This document shows positions 13,222 through 25,471 of a stretch of DNA of 64,000 nt, in pieces. The notes beneath the pieces are model-generated. The model worked only from the letters and a program-made list of their open reading frames with translations, did no database searches and had not been told where the DNA came from. Source of the stretch: Marsupella aquatica (taxonomy: Eukaryota; Plantae; Marchantiophyta); assembly GCA_973895155.1 (NCBI GenBank), contig OZ316891.1, positions 124,001 through 188,000 of the forward strand. The letters are read 5' to 3'. Position 1 is the first letter of the stretch. Each line of letters begins with the position of its first letter. Both the position numbers and the translations under genes were made by a program.

Positions 13222-14915
13222 GTTGATCAAATGAGTAGGAAGAAATAAACTAGGCTGTGAAGGAGTGGCATTGAGATTCAATCAGGTGGAGGAATCTTTT
13301 AGGTGCAGATGAGGCTCCTTGTTTCTTCTTCCAAATTGGTTGACTATTCTCACTCAGATATCCCTTATCTTGACTACCTGTGTCTTTTTTATAATTTGAA
13401 TAGAGACCGCCTTAAGCTCTCCCATAATTTTTGTTTAACTCTCATCAGTCCAAATGAGGGAGAATTGGGGTGAGCTCTAAGTGTGGTGCTAGTGTCACGG
13501 AAAACACTAACATTGTCTCTCATTTCTTGATCTGGTGTAGCATCTCTGATCAATCTTCCTGCAAGTCTAACTGGAAGTGCAAAAGCATTCCAATCGGATG
13601 GTGTTAGTTTATTCGTGGTAGCCATGGTCAAGGTTCACAGGATTGTTGACTCAAGGTAGCTCTCTCCTCATGAATTCAGGAAAATGGGACTTTGCAATTT
13701 GCTGAAGATTTGAATAGTCATATTGGTTAACTCTTTGGAGCTCTGAAGGGTCGTCATCTCGTAGCTTTCTTTGTCAGAGACTGAAGGAATGCGCTCTGCA
13801 CATTTGTATCAGTCTGAAGATTTGAATAGTTGCTGATTTTTCTTCGCGTCGTGACTTCCAATTTCGCTTCCCTTTGTCAGTCATTCCTCATTCTGAAAGA
13901 CATTTCTTTTGGAGGAGAGTTGGTGCGGGTGCATTCTTGGAGATCCTTGGTTTACAAGAGGCAGCTTCAATGGTCGCACCGTTCCGTCATTTCTCAAATC
14001 CACGCCCTTTCAAGTTTGCTCGATCCATGGCTTGTATGCCCCTTTGTTGACACTTCTCTGCATATGGTGTCCGCAAGCGTTGTGTCGTTTCATCGAGTTC
14101 TCGGCGAGGTGCGTCTCTTCCGTGTGTCCCGTCAACTTGTAACCCTTCAACTAGTAAACACTTAACTTGTAAACTCGTAAAGTCATAATCGTCACGACGC
14201 TTACCCGTAACTCGTAAGGGTTAACCCGCAATGCCTTATCCCCTCGTATCTCGGCGAGTCCTTAGTAGCAAAGTACCCTTTCCACTTCAGATTTCTCACT
14301 GCTTTAGCTAACCTACTTTATCTGTGCCTCCGATTTTGTCTTTGCATCAATGTACTAGCTAAGTCTTGTATAGAAATCACTATATATTCCTCTCTTGTAA
14401 TTCTTCCATTTAGCCTTAATATAACCAAATGTAGATTTACTCGTTCCCACCAAGTAATAGATAGCCAATTATGAACTCCATACTACATCTCACACTTAAC
14501 ACCAAAGTTTGCGCATATCTATTGTGCAAGATGGCATAAGATATTCTAAAAAATAAATAAAATCTCCAACTATTTATCTATGGCTTTTGCCGCCTAATTT
14601 TCCTAACAGTCTATCAAATTGGTTGCACTTTTATCTAAGTCGACTTCTCATAATGTAAGAAGTTCATACTCTTCCTATACTATAGATTTAATTGACCAAA
14701 GTGAACTGTCTCTTAATTTCCTATCTTTCTTCTCTACAATTATGGTAAGTTAAAGTCTACCAGCTCTCTTGATTTAATTAAATCAGACTTAATCCCTCCT
14801 CTAAAAGTAGCTTCTTCCTACCACAACTTAGGAAGTCATGCTATAATTAAAGTCCTCCTAACAATCATATGGAGACTTTACTCAATCTCCTTTCTTAATT
14901 CCAAAGCATTGCTTT

Positions 14916-15242
14916 TTAAGCACTTTTAAGCCTCTTCTTCTTAGCCTTCATTTTTCTCCTTCCTCTCATAACAAGGAGAACTCCTTCTCGAATTACCTCT
15001 GCAAATGCAGCTGGTGCATCTGTGAAAGTGTAAGGTCGAGCTTCCAAAACTTGAATTGACCATTCTTCATATGTATCCATAAGGAATATTTCTTTCTGTA
15101 ATTTCTCAATCAATTCAATTCTGAAATTTGACATCCACTGCCTGCATATCATATTACCCCTTCTCCAAGAGATAAACAATGAAGTCTTGAGAAAGATGTC
15201 CTTTCTATAAGAGGAATGGCCTTCCCTCCTATATCCATTCAT
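14916..15242 (-). CDS. Small leader ORF between PBS and gag in family A (copies 19899..20225 and 56450..56776)
   Basis: 108-aa ATG ORF; EARPYTFTDAPAAFAEVI resembles EVMPYSIQSAPEALLRVL at the same position in family D. Confidence 0.45.
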   Translation of the reverse strand: MNGYRREGHSSYRKDIFLKTSLFISWRRGNMICRQWMSNFRIELIEKLQKEIFLMDTYEEWSIQVLEARPYTFTDAPAAFAEVIREGVLLVMRGRRKMKAKKKRLKSA

Positions 15243-15424
15243 CTTTCTCCCTTGGTTATAATAGAGTTAAAATCAGAGTAGAGATAACTTCCTCCTAAAT
15301 GGAATTGGCCTAACTCCACTTACAATGGTTACTCTCTTTCTCCCTGGCCTCAAAATCTCTCTTAAAATCCAAGGCTTCTAATTTGGTCATTCACTGCCTA
15401 ATGTCAAACCATTCCTGAATCTGT

Positions 15425-15442
15425 TCCCCGGCAGCGGCGCCA
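15425..15442 (-). other. Primer binding site (tRNA-Asp type) TGGCGCCGCTGCCGGGGA; copy at 20408-20425
   Basis: One mismatch to the Athila-type TGGCGCCGTTGCCGGGGA; 10 nt from the LTR end. Confidence 0.85.
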
Positions 15443-15452
15443 AAAAATCTCA

Positions 15453-17320
15453 TGTAGTTTGCCATAGAGAACCAAAAATCACATTTTAAAGTCTCCAAAC
15501 TCGGTATTCGTTCCCTTTAAGAACAAGATGGGGTTGGTTTGATGTAATAAACTAAAAACAAAGCTTTAAGCTCTTGTGTCACACATAGTAATCAATCTTG
15601 ACTACTTTAATCAGGTACTTTGAAGATCGCTCCACAGCGGTGAGTAGTTTTTGATGATAACTCAACATCAGATAACCTTCAATTAAGCAAAAGATTGCAA
15701 TTAACAAAACACAAGGAAAAATCTCTCAGAGTATGCTTAAGGGAGTCTGGAATAGACCAAGGTTACTCCTTAGACATAAGTAATAATGGAATGACTTTAA
15801 GGGAATCCAAATCCACACAGCTTTTCAGATCTAAACTGCATACTAGAGTATCCTTTTAAAATGCCGGCAACATGTCTTGACCTTTCTTCCTAAGTGATAC
15901 TTAGTCAAGATCTAAAAGGATAAATACTTCAGCATTTAGATGGTACTAAGCAACATGAAGGTGAAAACATCATTTCCAATGCAACTTAAACTCAATGAGT
16001 TAACTCTAAGAACTTGTGAGATTACAATGTGTCACCAAAGCGGAATCTGACATTATAATTCACGAGATTCATAACTGAGGTTTTACTTCAAGTATTTGGG
16101 TTCCAAAATACAAGAAGGAGGTAAGTCTCTCCAAATGTTAAACCTGATCTCGAACTCATAGATTCATGATCAACTAGTTTAACACAAGGGAGAGGCAAAA
16201 CTGCAAAACTTAACCATCTCTCTACACTAGGGGAAGAGGTATAAATAGTGATGAACTACAGAATAAGAGGTCACAGGGTCGAAGAGACATGCCTCTTCAT
16301 AACCCTCAAAAAGTCAAAACGACGATTCAATAAGTGGAAAGCCGGAAAAAATGGCTAAGTATGAACTCTTAAACTCTTAAAAACTTAAACTCTTAAAAAC
16401 GTAAAAACTTAAACTCTTAAAAACGTAAAAACTTAAACTCTTAAACTCTTAATTTCGGTATACTAAAAATTGAGTAGATTCAACTATTTTTAACTTTCTA
16501 CTCCTGGTTCGGAAAACTCTGAAATTTTTCCAGCAGGGTTTCCTAGGTACAGACTACAGCCTAAAGAAGTCTCATAGCTTTTAAAGCTCTACAACACATT
16601 TAGAAAAATTGGTAAAAGTACTATACTTTTCAATACTAGCTAAAAAGATAGTCTCCTTCAAGCTTGTTGTCGAATATCATCGGGTTCGAGCAGCTCCACG
16701 TAGGTGACAGTCCGATTCTGTGTTACCTCCATCAGCTCAGTCTGACGTGGTGATCCTCTAGAGTAGGGTAGGCACCTTAGTTGTCTCTCAGGATACATCA
16801 AAGGCATTCGCTTCATCAAATAACAGGAATCTATACGAAGAGCTTCTCTGTATATCCCTAGTACATCATAGTTGTTGCAGGTGGCAGCATATACTTGGGG
16901 ATAGTGATGCAGAAACTCATCACTATTCATCATCCTGGAATAGAAGGGTCGAAGTCTCCATTTGACATCTCTGAAATACCGGTTGAAGCTGGGCAGAGTT
17001 TGAGAGGTAAGGTGGAAGAGAAGTCAGTAATGAGCGCCTATGTCTTGCATTCCTTCCCTTTCAAGGTGAGCTCTTCATCCGTTGTGGAGTCCCGTTGAAC
17101 TAGTTGTAAGATGTCACGATCACAGAGTCGCCAAATCTTAAGGTGTAACTCGTAAAGAAGTGAACTAGTAAACTCGTAAACTGAGTTTACTCGTAACTTA
17201 GGAACTTAGTAACTTTGAATGCTGTTTTAGTTACAGTTAGCAATAATTGCAGTCTAAACACCGTAAAAAATTTAAAAATTTTCAGTTTCTTCATGCTTTT
17301 GGAATTACCCACTACTTACA
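15453..17320 (-). repeat. LTR A2 (shared middle LTR)
   Basis: Same sequence as A1, offset 4983 bp; PBS on one side and PPT on the other. Confidence 0.95.
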
Positions 17321-17409
17321 TAGCCCTCTCCTCAAGCGGCGCCGTGCCCTCACAAGCCTTTCTGAAGTCTTCCACCAGAACTAAATCGCCTTTGAAATGC
17401 ACATTGGTT

Positions 17410-18204
17410 TCAATTGTGTATTAAGTTTGATACTTGACTGGACAATTTGTCAAGCAACTTGTATACTTGCTTAACTTTTGGTGAAATTGTGGAAATATCT
17501 GGTACTTGCTTCTTTTTCTTGGTTTTTGCTTTTTCAAATTCAGAGCTAGAGCTGGTTTCATCATTTGAAGAACTAGGTGTTGTCCTTTTAGTGTTCTCTT
17601 CACTGCTGTTGTCACTCCCCTCGTCTGACATGGATTCTGATTCAGAATTGAGTTTCTTTTTCTTTTTCTTCTTAATATATTTCTTGAGCTCTTTTTTCAA
17701 TCTTTTCTTTCCAGACACTTCTGAATCAACATATTTCTGTGCTGCAGCTAAAGCTTCTCCATATGTGGTTCCACCTTCTCTTCTCACATATCTTGCAATT
17801 CTAGATGGCAGTCCATTTATGAACCAATCTCTGACTGTTGATTTTGATGTAGCCGGGTTGTATTTGTCAACTAACTCTTCCAGCTTATCTGCATATTTCC
17901 GAACAGATCCATACTTGTTCATTTTTAAATAAGAAATTTTTGTGAAGGCTCTTGCTGCTGCCCCATCTTCTTTGTATTTCTCTAAAAATGCAGCTTTTGT
18001 CTTTGTCCAGTCATTTTTATCTAAAAATCGATGATGCCACTTTTGTGCTCCTTTCTTCATAAGTCCTCCAAAAATGCTTGCCTTCTCAGCGTCTTGGCTA
18101 TGTCCATTTGAAATTGCAGTAGCTTCAAACTCCTTTAAGTAGGTCTCTGCATCCTCTTTAGATGTCCCTTTGAAGGTGTCATAGCGAATATTATTCCGGG
18201 CCAT
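17410..18204 (-). CDS. gag: Truncated Gag, second identical copy
   Basis: Translation identical to 12427..13221. Confidence 0.9.
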   Translation of the reverse strand: MARNNIRYDTFKGTSKEDAETYLKEFEATAISNGHSQDAEKASIFGGLMKKGAQKWHHRFLDKNDWTKTKAAFLEKYKEDGAAARAFTKISYLKMNKYGSVRKYADKLEELVDKYNPATSKSTVRDWFINGLPSRIARYVRREGGTTYGEALAAAQKYVDSEVSGKKRLKKELKKYIKKKKKKKLNSESESMSDEGSDNSSEENTKRTTPSSSNDETSSSSEFEKAKTKKKKQVPDISTISPKVKQVYKLLDKLSSQVSNLIHN

Positions 18205-20435
18205 GTTGATCAAATGAGTAGGAAGAAATAAACTAGGCTGTGAAGGAGTGGCATTGAGATTCAATCAGGTGGAGGAATCTTTTAGGTGCAGATGAGGCTC
18301 CTTGTTTCTTCTTCCAAATTGGTTGACTATTCTCACTCAGATATCCCTTATCTTGACTACCTGTGTCTTTTTTATAATTTGAATAGAGACCGCCTTAAGC
18401 TCTCCCATAATTTTTGTTTAACTCTCATCAGTCCAAATGAGGGAGAATTGGGGTGAGCTCTAAGTGTGGTGCTAGTGTCACGGAAAACACTAACATTGTC
18501 TCTCATTTCTTGATCTGGTGTAGCATCTCTGATCAATCTTCCTGCAAGTCTAACTGGAAGTGCAAAAGCATTCCAATCGGATGGTGTTAGTTTATTCGTG
18601 GTAGCCATGGTCAAGGTTCACAGGATTGTTGACTCAAGGTAGCTCTCTCCTCATGAATTCAGGAAAATGGGACTTTGCAATTTGCTGAAGATTTGAATAG
18701 TCATATTGGTTAACTCTTTGGAGCTCTGAAGGGTCGTCATCTCGTAGCTTTCTTTGTCAGAGACTGAAGGAATGCGCTCTGCACATTTGTATCAGTCTGA
18801 AGATTTGAATAGTTGCTGATTTTTCTTCGCGTCGTGACTTCCAATTTCGCTTCCCTTTGTCAGTCATTCCTCATTCTGAAAGACATTTCTTTTGGAGGAG
18901 AGTTGGTGCGGGTGCATTCTTGGAGATCCTTGGTTTACAAGAGGCAGCTTCAATGGTCGCACCGTTCCGTCATTTCTCAAATCCACGCCCTTTCAAGTTT
19001 GCTCGATCCATGGCTTGTATGCCCCTTTGTTGACACTTCTCTGCATATGGTGTCCGCAAGCGTTGTGTCGTTTCATCGAGTTCTCGGCGAGGTGCGTCTC
19101 TTCCGTGTGTCCCGTCAACTTGTAACCCTTCAACTAGTAAACACTTAACTTGTAAACTCGTAAAGTCATAATCGTCACGACGCTTACCCGTAACTCGTAA
19201 GGGTTAACCCGCAATGCCTTATCCCCTCGTATCTCGGCGAGTCCTTAGTAGCAAAGTACCCTTTCCACTTCAGATTTCTCACTGCTTTAGCTAACCTACT
19301 TTATCTGTGCCTCCGATTTTGTCTTTGCATCAATGTACTAGCTAAGTCTTGTATAGAAATCACTATATATTCCTCTCTTGTAATTCTTCCATTTAGCCTT
19401 AATATAACCAAATGTAGATTTACTCGTTCCCACCAAGTAATAGATAGCCAATTATGAACTCCATACTACATCTCACACTTAACACCAAAGTTTGCGCATA
19501 TCTATTGTGCAAGATGGCATAAGATATTCTAAAAAATAAATAAAATCTCCAACTATTTATCTATGGCTTTTGCCGCCTAATTTTCCTAACAGTCTATCAA
19601 ATTGGTTGCACTTTTATCTAAGTCGACTTCTCATAATGTAAGAAGTTCATACTCTTCCTATACTATAGATTTAATTGACCAAAGTGAACTGTCTCTTAAT
19701 TTCCTATCTTTCTTCTCTACAATTATGGTAAGTTAAAGTCTACCAGCTCTCTTGATTTAATTAAATCAGACTTAATCCCTCCTCTAAAAGTAGCTTCTTC
19801 CTACCACAACTTAGGAAGTCATGCTATAATTAAAGTCCTCCTAACAATCATATGGAGACTTTACTCAATCTCCTTTCTTAATTCCAAAGCATTGCTTTTT
19901 AAGCACTTTTAAGCCTCTTCTTCTTAGCCTTCATTTTTCTCCTTCCTCTCATAACAAGGAGAACTCCTTCTCGAATTACCTCTGCAAATGCAGCTGGTGC
20001 ATCTGTGAAAGTGTAAGGTCGAGCTTCCAAAACTTGAATTGACCATTCTTCATATGTATCCATAAGGAATATTTCTTTCTGTAATTTCTCAATCAATTCA
20101 ATTCTGAAATTTGACATCCACTGCCTGCATATCATATTACCCCTTCTCCAAGAGATAAACAATGAAGTCTTGAGAAAGATGTCCTTTCTATAAGAGGAAT
20201 GGCCTTCCCTCCTATATCCATTCATCTTTCTCCCTTGGTTATAATAGAGTTAAAATCAGAGTAGAGATAACTTCCTCCTAAATGGAATTGGCCTAACTCC
20301 ACTTACAATGGTTACTCTCTTTCTCCCTGGCCTCAAAATCTCTCTTAAAATCCAAGGCTTCTAATTTGGTCATTCACTGCCTAATGTCAAACCATTCCTG
20401 AATCTGTTCCCCGGCAGCGGCGCCAAAAAATCTCA

Positions 20436-22303
20436 TGTAGTTTGCCATAGAGAACCAAAAATCACATTTTAAAGTCTCCAAACTCGGTATTCGTTCCCTT
20501 TAAGAACAAGATGGGGTTGGTTTGATGTAATAAACTAAAAACAAAGCTTTAAGCTCTTGTGTCACACATAGTAATCAATCTTGACTACTTTAATCAGGTA
20601 CTTTGAAGATCGCTCCACAGCGGTGAGTAGTTTTTGATGATAACTCAACATCAGATAACCTTCAATTAAGCAAAAGATTGCAATTAACAAAACACAAGGA
20701 AAAATCTCTCAGAGTATGCTTAAGGGAGTCTGGAATAGACCAAGGTTACTCCTTAGACATAAGTAATAATGGAATGACTTTAAGGGAATCCAAATCCACA
20801 CAGCTTTTCAGATCTAAACTGCATACTAGAGTATCCTTTTAAAATGCCGGCAACATGTCTTGACCTTTCTTCCTAAGTGATACTTAGTCAAGATCTAAAA
20901 GGATAAATACTTCAGCATTTAGATGGTACTAAGCAACATGAAGGTGAAAACATCATTTCCAATGCAACTTAAACTCAATGAGTTAACTCTAAGAACTTGT
21001 GAGATTACAATGTGTCACCAAAGCGGAATCTGACATTATAATTCACGAGATTCATAACTGAGGTTTTACTTCAAGTATTTGGGTTCCAAAATACAAGAAG
21101 GAGGTAAGTCTCTCCAAATGTTAAACCTGATCTCGAACTCATAGATTCATGATCAACTAGTTTAACACAAGGGAGAGGCAAAACTGCAAAACTTAACCAT
21201 CTCTCTACACTAGGGGAAGAGGTATAAATAGTGATGAACTACAGAATAAGAGGTCACAGGGTCGAAGAGACATGCCTCTTCATAACCCTCAAAAAGTCAA
21301 AACGACGATTCAATAAGTGGAAAGCCGGAAAAAATGGCTAAGTATGAACTCTTAAACTCTTAAAAACTTAAACTCTTAAAAACGTAAAAACTTAAACTCT
21401 TAAAAACGTAAAAACTTAAACTCTTAAACTCTTAATTTCGGTATACTAAAAATTGAGTAGATTCAACTATTTTTAACTTTCTACTCCTGGTTCGGAAAAC
21501 TCTGAAATTTTTCCAGCAGGGTTTCCTAGGTACAGACTACAGCCTAAAGAAGTCTCATAGCTTTTAAAGCTCTACAACACATTTAGAAAAATTGGTAAAA
21601 GTACTATACTTTTCAATACTAGCTAAAAAGATAGTCTCCTTCAAGCTTGTTGTCGAATATCATCGGGTTCGAGCAGCTCCACGTAGGTGACAGTCCGATT
21701 CTGTGTTACCTCCATCAGCTCAGTCTGACGTGGTGATCCTCTAGAGTAGGGTAGGCACCTTAGTTGTCTCTCAGGATACATCAAAGGCATTCGCTTCATC
21801 AAATAACAGGAATCTATACGAAGAGCTTCTCTGTATATCCCTAGTACATCATAGTTGTTGCAGGTGGCAGCATATACTTGGGGATAGTGATGCAGAAACT
21901 CATCACTATTCATCATCCTGGAATAGAAGGGTCGAAGTCTCCATTTGACATCTCTGAAATACCGGTTGAAGCTGGGCAGAGTTTGAGAGGTAAGGTGGAA
22001 GAGAAGTCAGTAATGAGCGCCTATGTCTTGCATTCCTTCCCTTTCAAGGTGAGCTCTTCATCCGTTGTGGAGTCCCGTTGAACTAGTTGTAAGATGTCAC
22101 GATCACAGAGTCGCCAAATCTTAAGGTGTAACTCGTAAAGAAGTGAACTAGTAAACTCGTAAACTGAGTTTACTCGTAACTTAGGAACTTAGTAACTTTG
22201 AATGCTGTTTTAGTTACAGTTAGCAATAATTGCAGTCTAAACACCGTAAAAAATTTAAAAATTTTCAGTTTCTTCATGCTTTTGGAATTACCCACTACTT
22301 ACA
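20436..22303 (-). repeat. LTR A3 (5' LTR of the tandem)
   Basis: Same sequence as A1/A2; followed by TSD TGAAG. Confidence 0.95.
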
Positions 22304-22379
22304 TGAAGAGACTCACAATTATCCATACGGTCATTTGATTGCCATTCCGCAAATCCAAACGTTGGCTCAACTATCACGC

Positions 22380-23548
22380 TTGGATTGGGGTGGTCCAAAT
22401 CAAAACCACGAAGATTGTATTCCGAAGGTCAAATTTAAGCATCTCGCTTGAATTGGGATCGTCCGAATCCAAACCAACCTCTATCCAACACACCCTCTTG
22501 ATTTGGATGGTCCGAATTCAAACCCAGATGGGATCCCAAAGGTCCCAATTCAACAAACGCGCTTGGATTGGGATGGTCCAAATCCAAACCCAGATTTTAT
22601 TTCAAAGGTCCCAATTCAAGCACCGGGCTTGGATTTGGATGGTCCGAATCCAAAACCAGATTGTATTTCAAAGGTCCGAATCCAACCCACCATCTTGGAT
22701 TCGGATGGTCCGAATCCAAACACAGATTCTATCCCGAAGGTCCCAATTCAACAAACCGGCTTGGATTGGGATGGTCAGAATCCAAACCCAGATTGTATGT
22801 CAAAGGTCCCAATTTAAGCATCGGGCTTGGATTCGGATGGTCCGAATCCAAAACCAGATTGTATTTCAAAGGTCTGAATCCAACTCACCATCTTGGATTC
22901 GGATGGTTCGAATCCAAACACAGATTCTATCCCGAAGGTCCCAATTCAACAAACCGGCTTGGATTGGGATGGTCCAAATCCAAACCCAGATTGTATTTCA
23001 AAGGTCCCAATTTAAGCATCGGGCTTGGATTCGGATGGTCCGAATCCAAAACCAGATTGTATTTCAAAGGTCCGAATCCAACCCACCATCTTGGATTCAG
23101 ATGGTCCAAATCCAAACACAGATTCTATCCCGAAGGTCCCAATTCAACAAACCCGCTTGGATTGGGATGGTGCGCGAATCCAAACCCAGATTGTATTTCA
23201 AAGGTCCCAATTTAAGCATCGGGCTTGGAATCAGATGGTCCGAATCCAAAACCAGACTGTATTTCAAACGCCCAAATTCAACCATCTCGCTTGGATTGGG
23301 ATGGTCCGAATCCAAACCGAGATTGGATCCCAAAGGTCACAATTTAAGCATTGCACGCTTGGATTTGGATGGTCCGAATCCAACACACCCTCTTGGATTC
23401 GGACCATCCGAATCCAAACCAAGATTGGATTCTGATCAGATGGTCCCAATCCTAGAAAATGGATTGGATTCGGATCATCCGAATCCAAACAACAATCTAG
23501 GATTAGGACCATTAGAATCCACACATCAAGTCTGGATTCAGATGGTCT
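22380..23548. repeat. Array of palindrome TTGGATTCGGA-TGG-TCCGAATCCAA in 66-bp units with a 198-bp higher-order repeat
   Basis: The cagatt landmark recurs at 22591, 22789, 22987 and 23187; each 66-bp subunit holds one 11-3-11 inverted repeat. Confidence 0.92.
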
Positions 23549-23602
23549 AACTCCACAATGAAGATTATGTTGAGATGGATATATTGAGATTGAGATCTCT
23601 TC

Positions 23603-24264
23603 CTAATCAAATTTAGACATTCTGGGTTTTTCGGAACATTGGGTAATTCGTGAAATAATAATTGGGAAGTCACTAGAATGCAGAACAAAGTGAAAGGGTT
23701 CGTCTCGCTTCCCTAAGAACTCAAAATAAGCAAAGCGACTAAGACCATAACACACCTCAGCAGTCTTGTTTTTCCAGTATGTCTCCAAGGTTGGCTCTGC
23801 TACCTCTAAATTGATGAATAAGTTCATATCAAACTGACTAAGAAAGCTATCAAAGCCACTTCAAGTCTAAACTCCATCAGAGAGAAGAGCTGAGGAGGAG
23901 TTGCGCAGACCTGGATGCCCAAGTGAAGATATGAAACTAAAACAACAATGATGTCCATAGAGTACCTCTTATACTCGTGGGTTGGTATGTTCGGCCCTGA
24001 ATGTGCGATCCGATAAGGTTGAGGCAACACCGAGTATCGCGGTTAGAACAATCATCCAATCCTTTTTCAATCCATTGTGTCAGACAATACAGCTAGCGTC
24101 CCACCCAAACTGATAGGACCAGATCCCTTCTTGGTCTCTATCCGTACAGAGATCATCCGTACAGAGATCATCCGTACAGAGATCATCCGTGCAGTGATCA
24201 TCCGTATGCAAACAAGCCTTTCAGGAGGGGGTAAAGGGAGGACGAGGTCTTCCACAAACCTCAT
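23603..24264 (-). pseudogene. Degenerate coding-like region of the Sola-like element (possible upstream exon or accessory gene); includes 15-bp tandem ATCCGTACAGAGATC at ~24140-24207
   Basis: Three successive short minus-strand ORFs broken by stops and frameshifts, same strand as the transposase. Confidence 0.35.
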
Positions 24265-24628
24265 TGTTGTTTCGCTCTCTGTCGCTCCTCACTCTCGCTC
24301 CTCGCTCTCGCTCTAGCTCCTCATTCTCGCTCTTGGCTGGCTGCCGCCGCTATCCCTTGCCCTTGCCCTAATTGCCTTCTTGCCCTAATCTGCTGCAACG
24401 CCCTAGATCTTGCCCATCTTGACGTGTCCTCAATATATCTTGCCACGTGTCACTCCTAAAAATGGAAGTTGCCAAGAAAACCGTCATCGTCCTGCTCGCC
24501 AAAGAATCTGATGACTTGGATCTCTCCTCTGTCGGTGATCTTGTGGCCCTAGCGCTTGGGGATTCCCAAGAATTTCAATCACAAGTCCAAAGTAAGTTTC
24601 CGGAGGTTTATTCATGCATCTTAAGTTG

Positions 24629-24890
24629 TTGGATTCGGATGGTCCGAATCCAAGAGGGTTGTTTGGATTCGGACCATCCAAATCCAAGTGGGTTGTTTGG
24701 ATTCGGATGGTCCGAATCCAAGTGGGTTGTTTGGATTCGGATGGTCTGAATCTAAGAGGGTTGTTTGGATTCGGACCATCCGAATCCAAGAGGGTTGTTT
24801 GGATTCGGACCCTCGGATGGTTCAAATCCAAGTGGCTTGATTGGATTTGGATGGTCTGAATCTAAGAGGGTTGTTTGGATTTGGACCATC
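24629..24890. repeat. 34-bp tandem of the same palindrome; continues at 38321-38540 beyond the CACTA insertion
   Basis: Unit GTGGGTTGT-TTGGATTCGGA-(TGG/CCA)-TCCGAATCCAA. Confidence 0.92.
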
Positions 24891-25136
24891 CACTAGTAGA
24901 AATACCCCCTATTTTTTACCATAAAATACGACTAACTATGACTAAAACCGGTCATGTATGACTGAAAATCACTGACGTCGTTCTTGCAACTAGTAGTCAT
25001 AAAAGTGGTGACTTGGATTAACTTAGTCATATTATTGACTAGTGTCATTAGTCATTAGTCTGCAGGATATAGATGTATCTGTGGTTCTGAACCCGAAACC
25101 AAGAAGAGGGCAGGCCTGTGACTCTCGATGATTAGA

Positions 25137-25157
25137 TTTAGGGTTTAGGGTTTAGGG
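25137..25157 (+). repeat. (TTTAGGG)3 plant telomere-type repeat in the CACTA subterminal region
   Basis: tttagggtttagggtttaggg. Confidence 0.85.
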
Positions 25158-25471
25158 TCAAGTATTTGGAACCATACATCAGTCAAACATAAGTGTTTAG
25201 AATGACTTAGTTCGAGTCATATGGGGTTTTCCGTGAGTGATTGATAACACTCAATTGACCGCACTAGTTTCCGTAGACAATGCTGTCATTCATAGTCGAG
25301 ACTGAGTCATTAATGTCACAAAAGCACCAATCCAACTAACAATGGCACGATAATAACTCAAAATATGAGCAATCCATAAAAAAAAAGTATTACCCAACAT
25401 CATGTACTCCAAATTGTGGTCATATATTGAAACAATCCTTCACATTTTGAGTCTCAAATTGTATTTGGTAC

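Larger units (their letters stand above)
10470..22303 (-). mobile_element. Family A non-autonomous Gag-only LTR retrotransposon, tandem LTR-int-LTR-int-LTR
   Basis: Three 1868-bp TG...CA LTRs at a 4983-bp period; single 5-bp TSD TGAAG (10465-10469, 22304-22308); PBS and PPT in each internal unit; gag but no pol. Confidence 0.95.

Noticed and set aside
15425-15442. tRNA-Asp gene
   Set aside because: Only the 18-nt 3' end is present, next to LTRs; it is a PBS.
22380-23548. CRISPR-like array of palindromic repeats
   Set aside because: Spacers are themselves repeated with a 198-bp period, there are no cas genes, and the context is eukaryotic.
22339-23550. 403-aa and overlapping ORFs (WIRMVRIQ repeats)
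   Set aside because: By-product of a 66-bp stop-poor repeat that is open in several frames.
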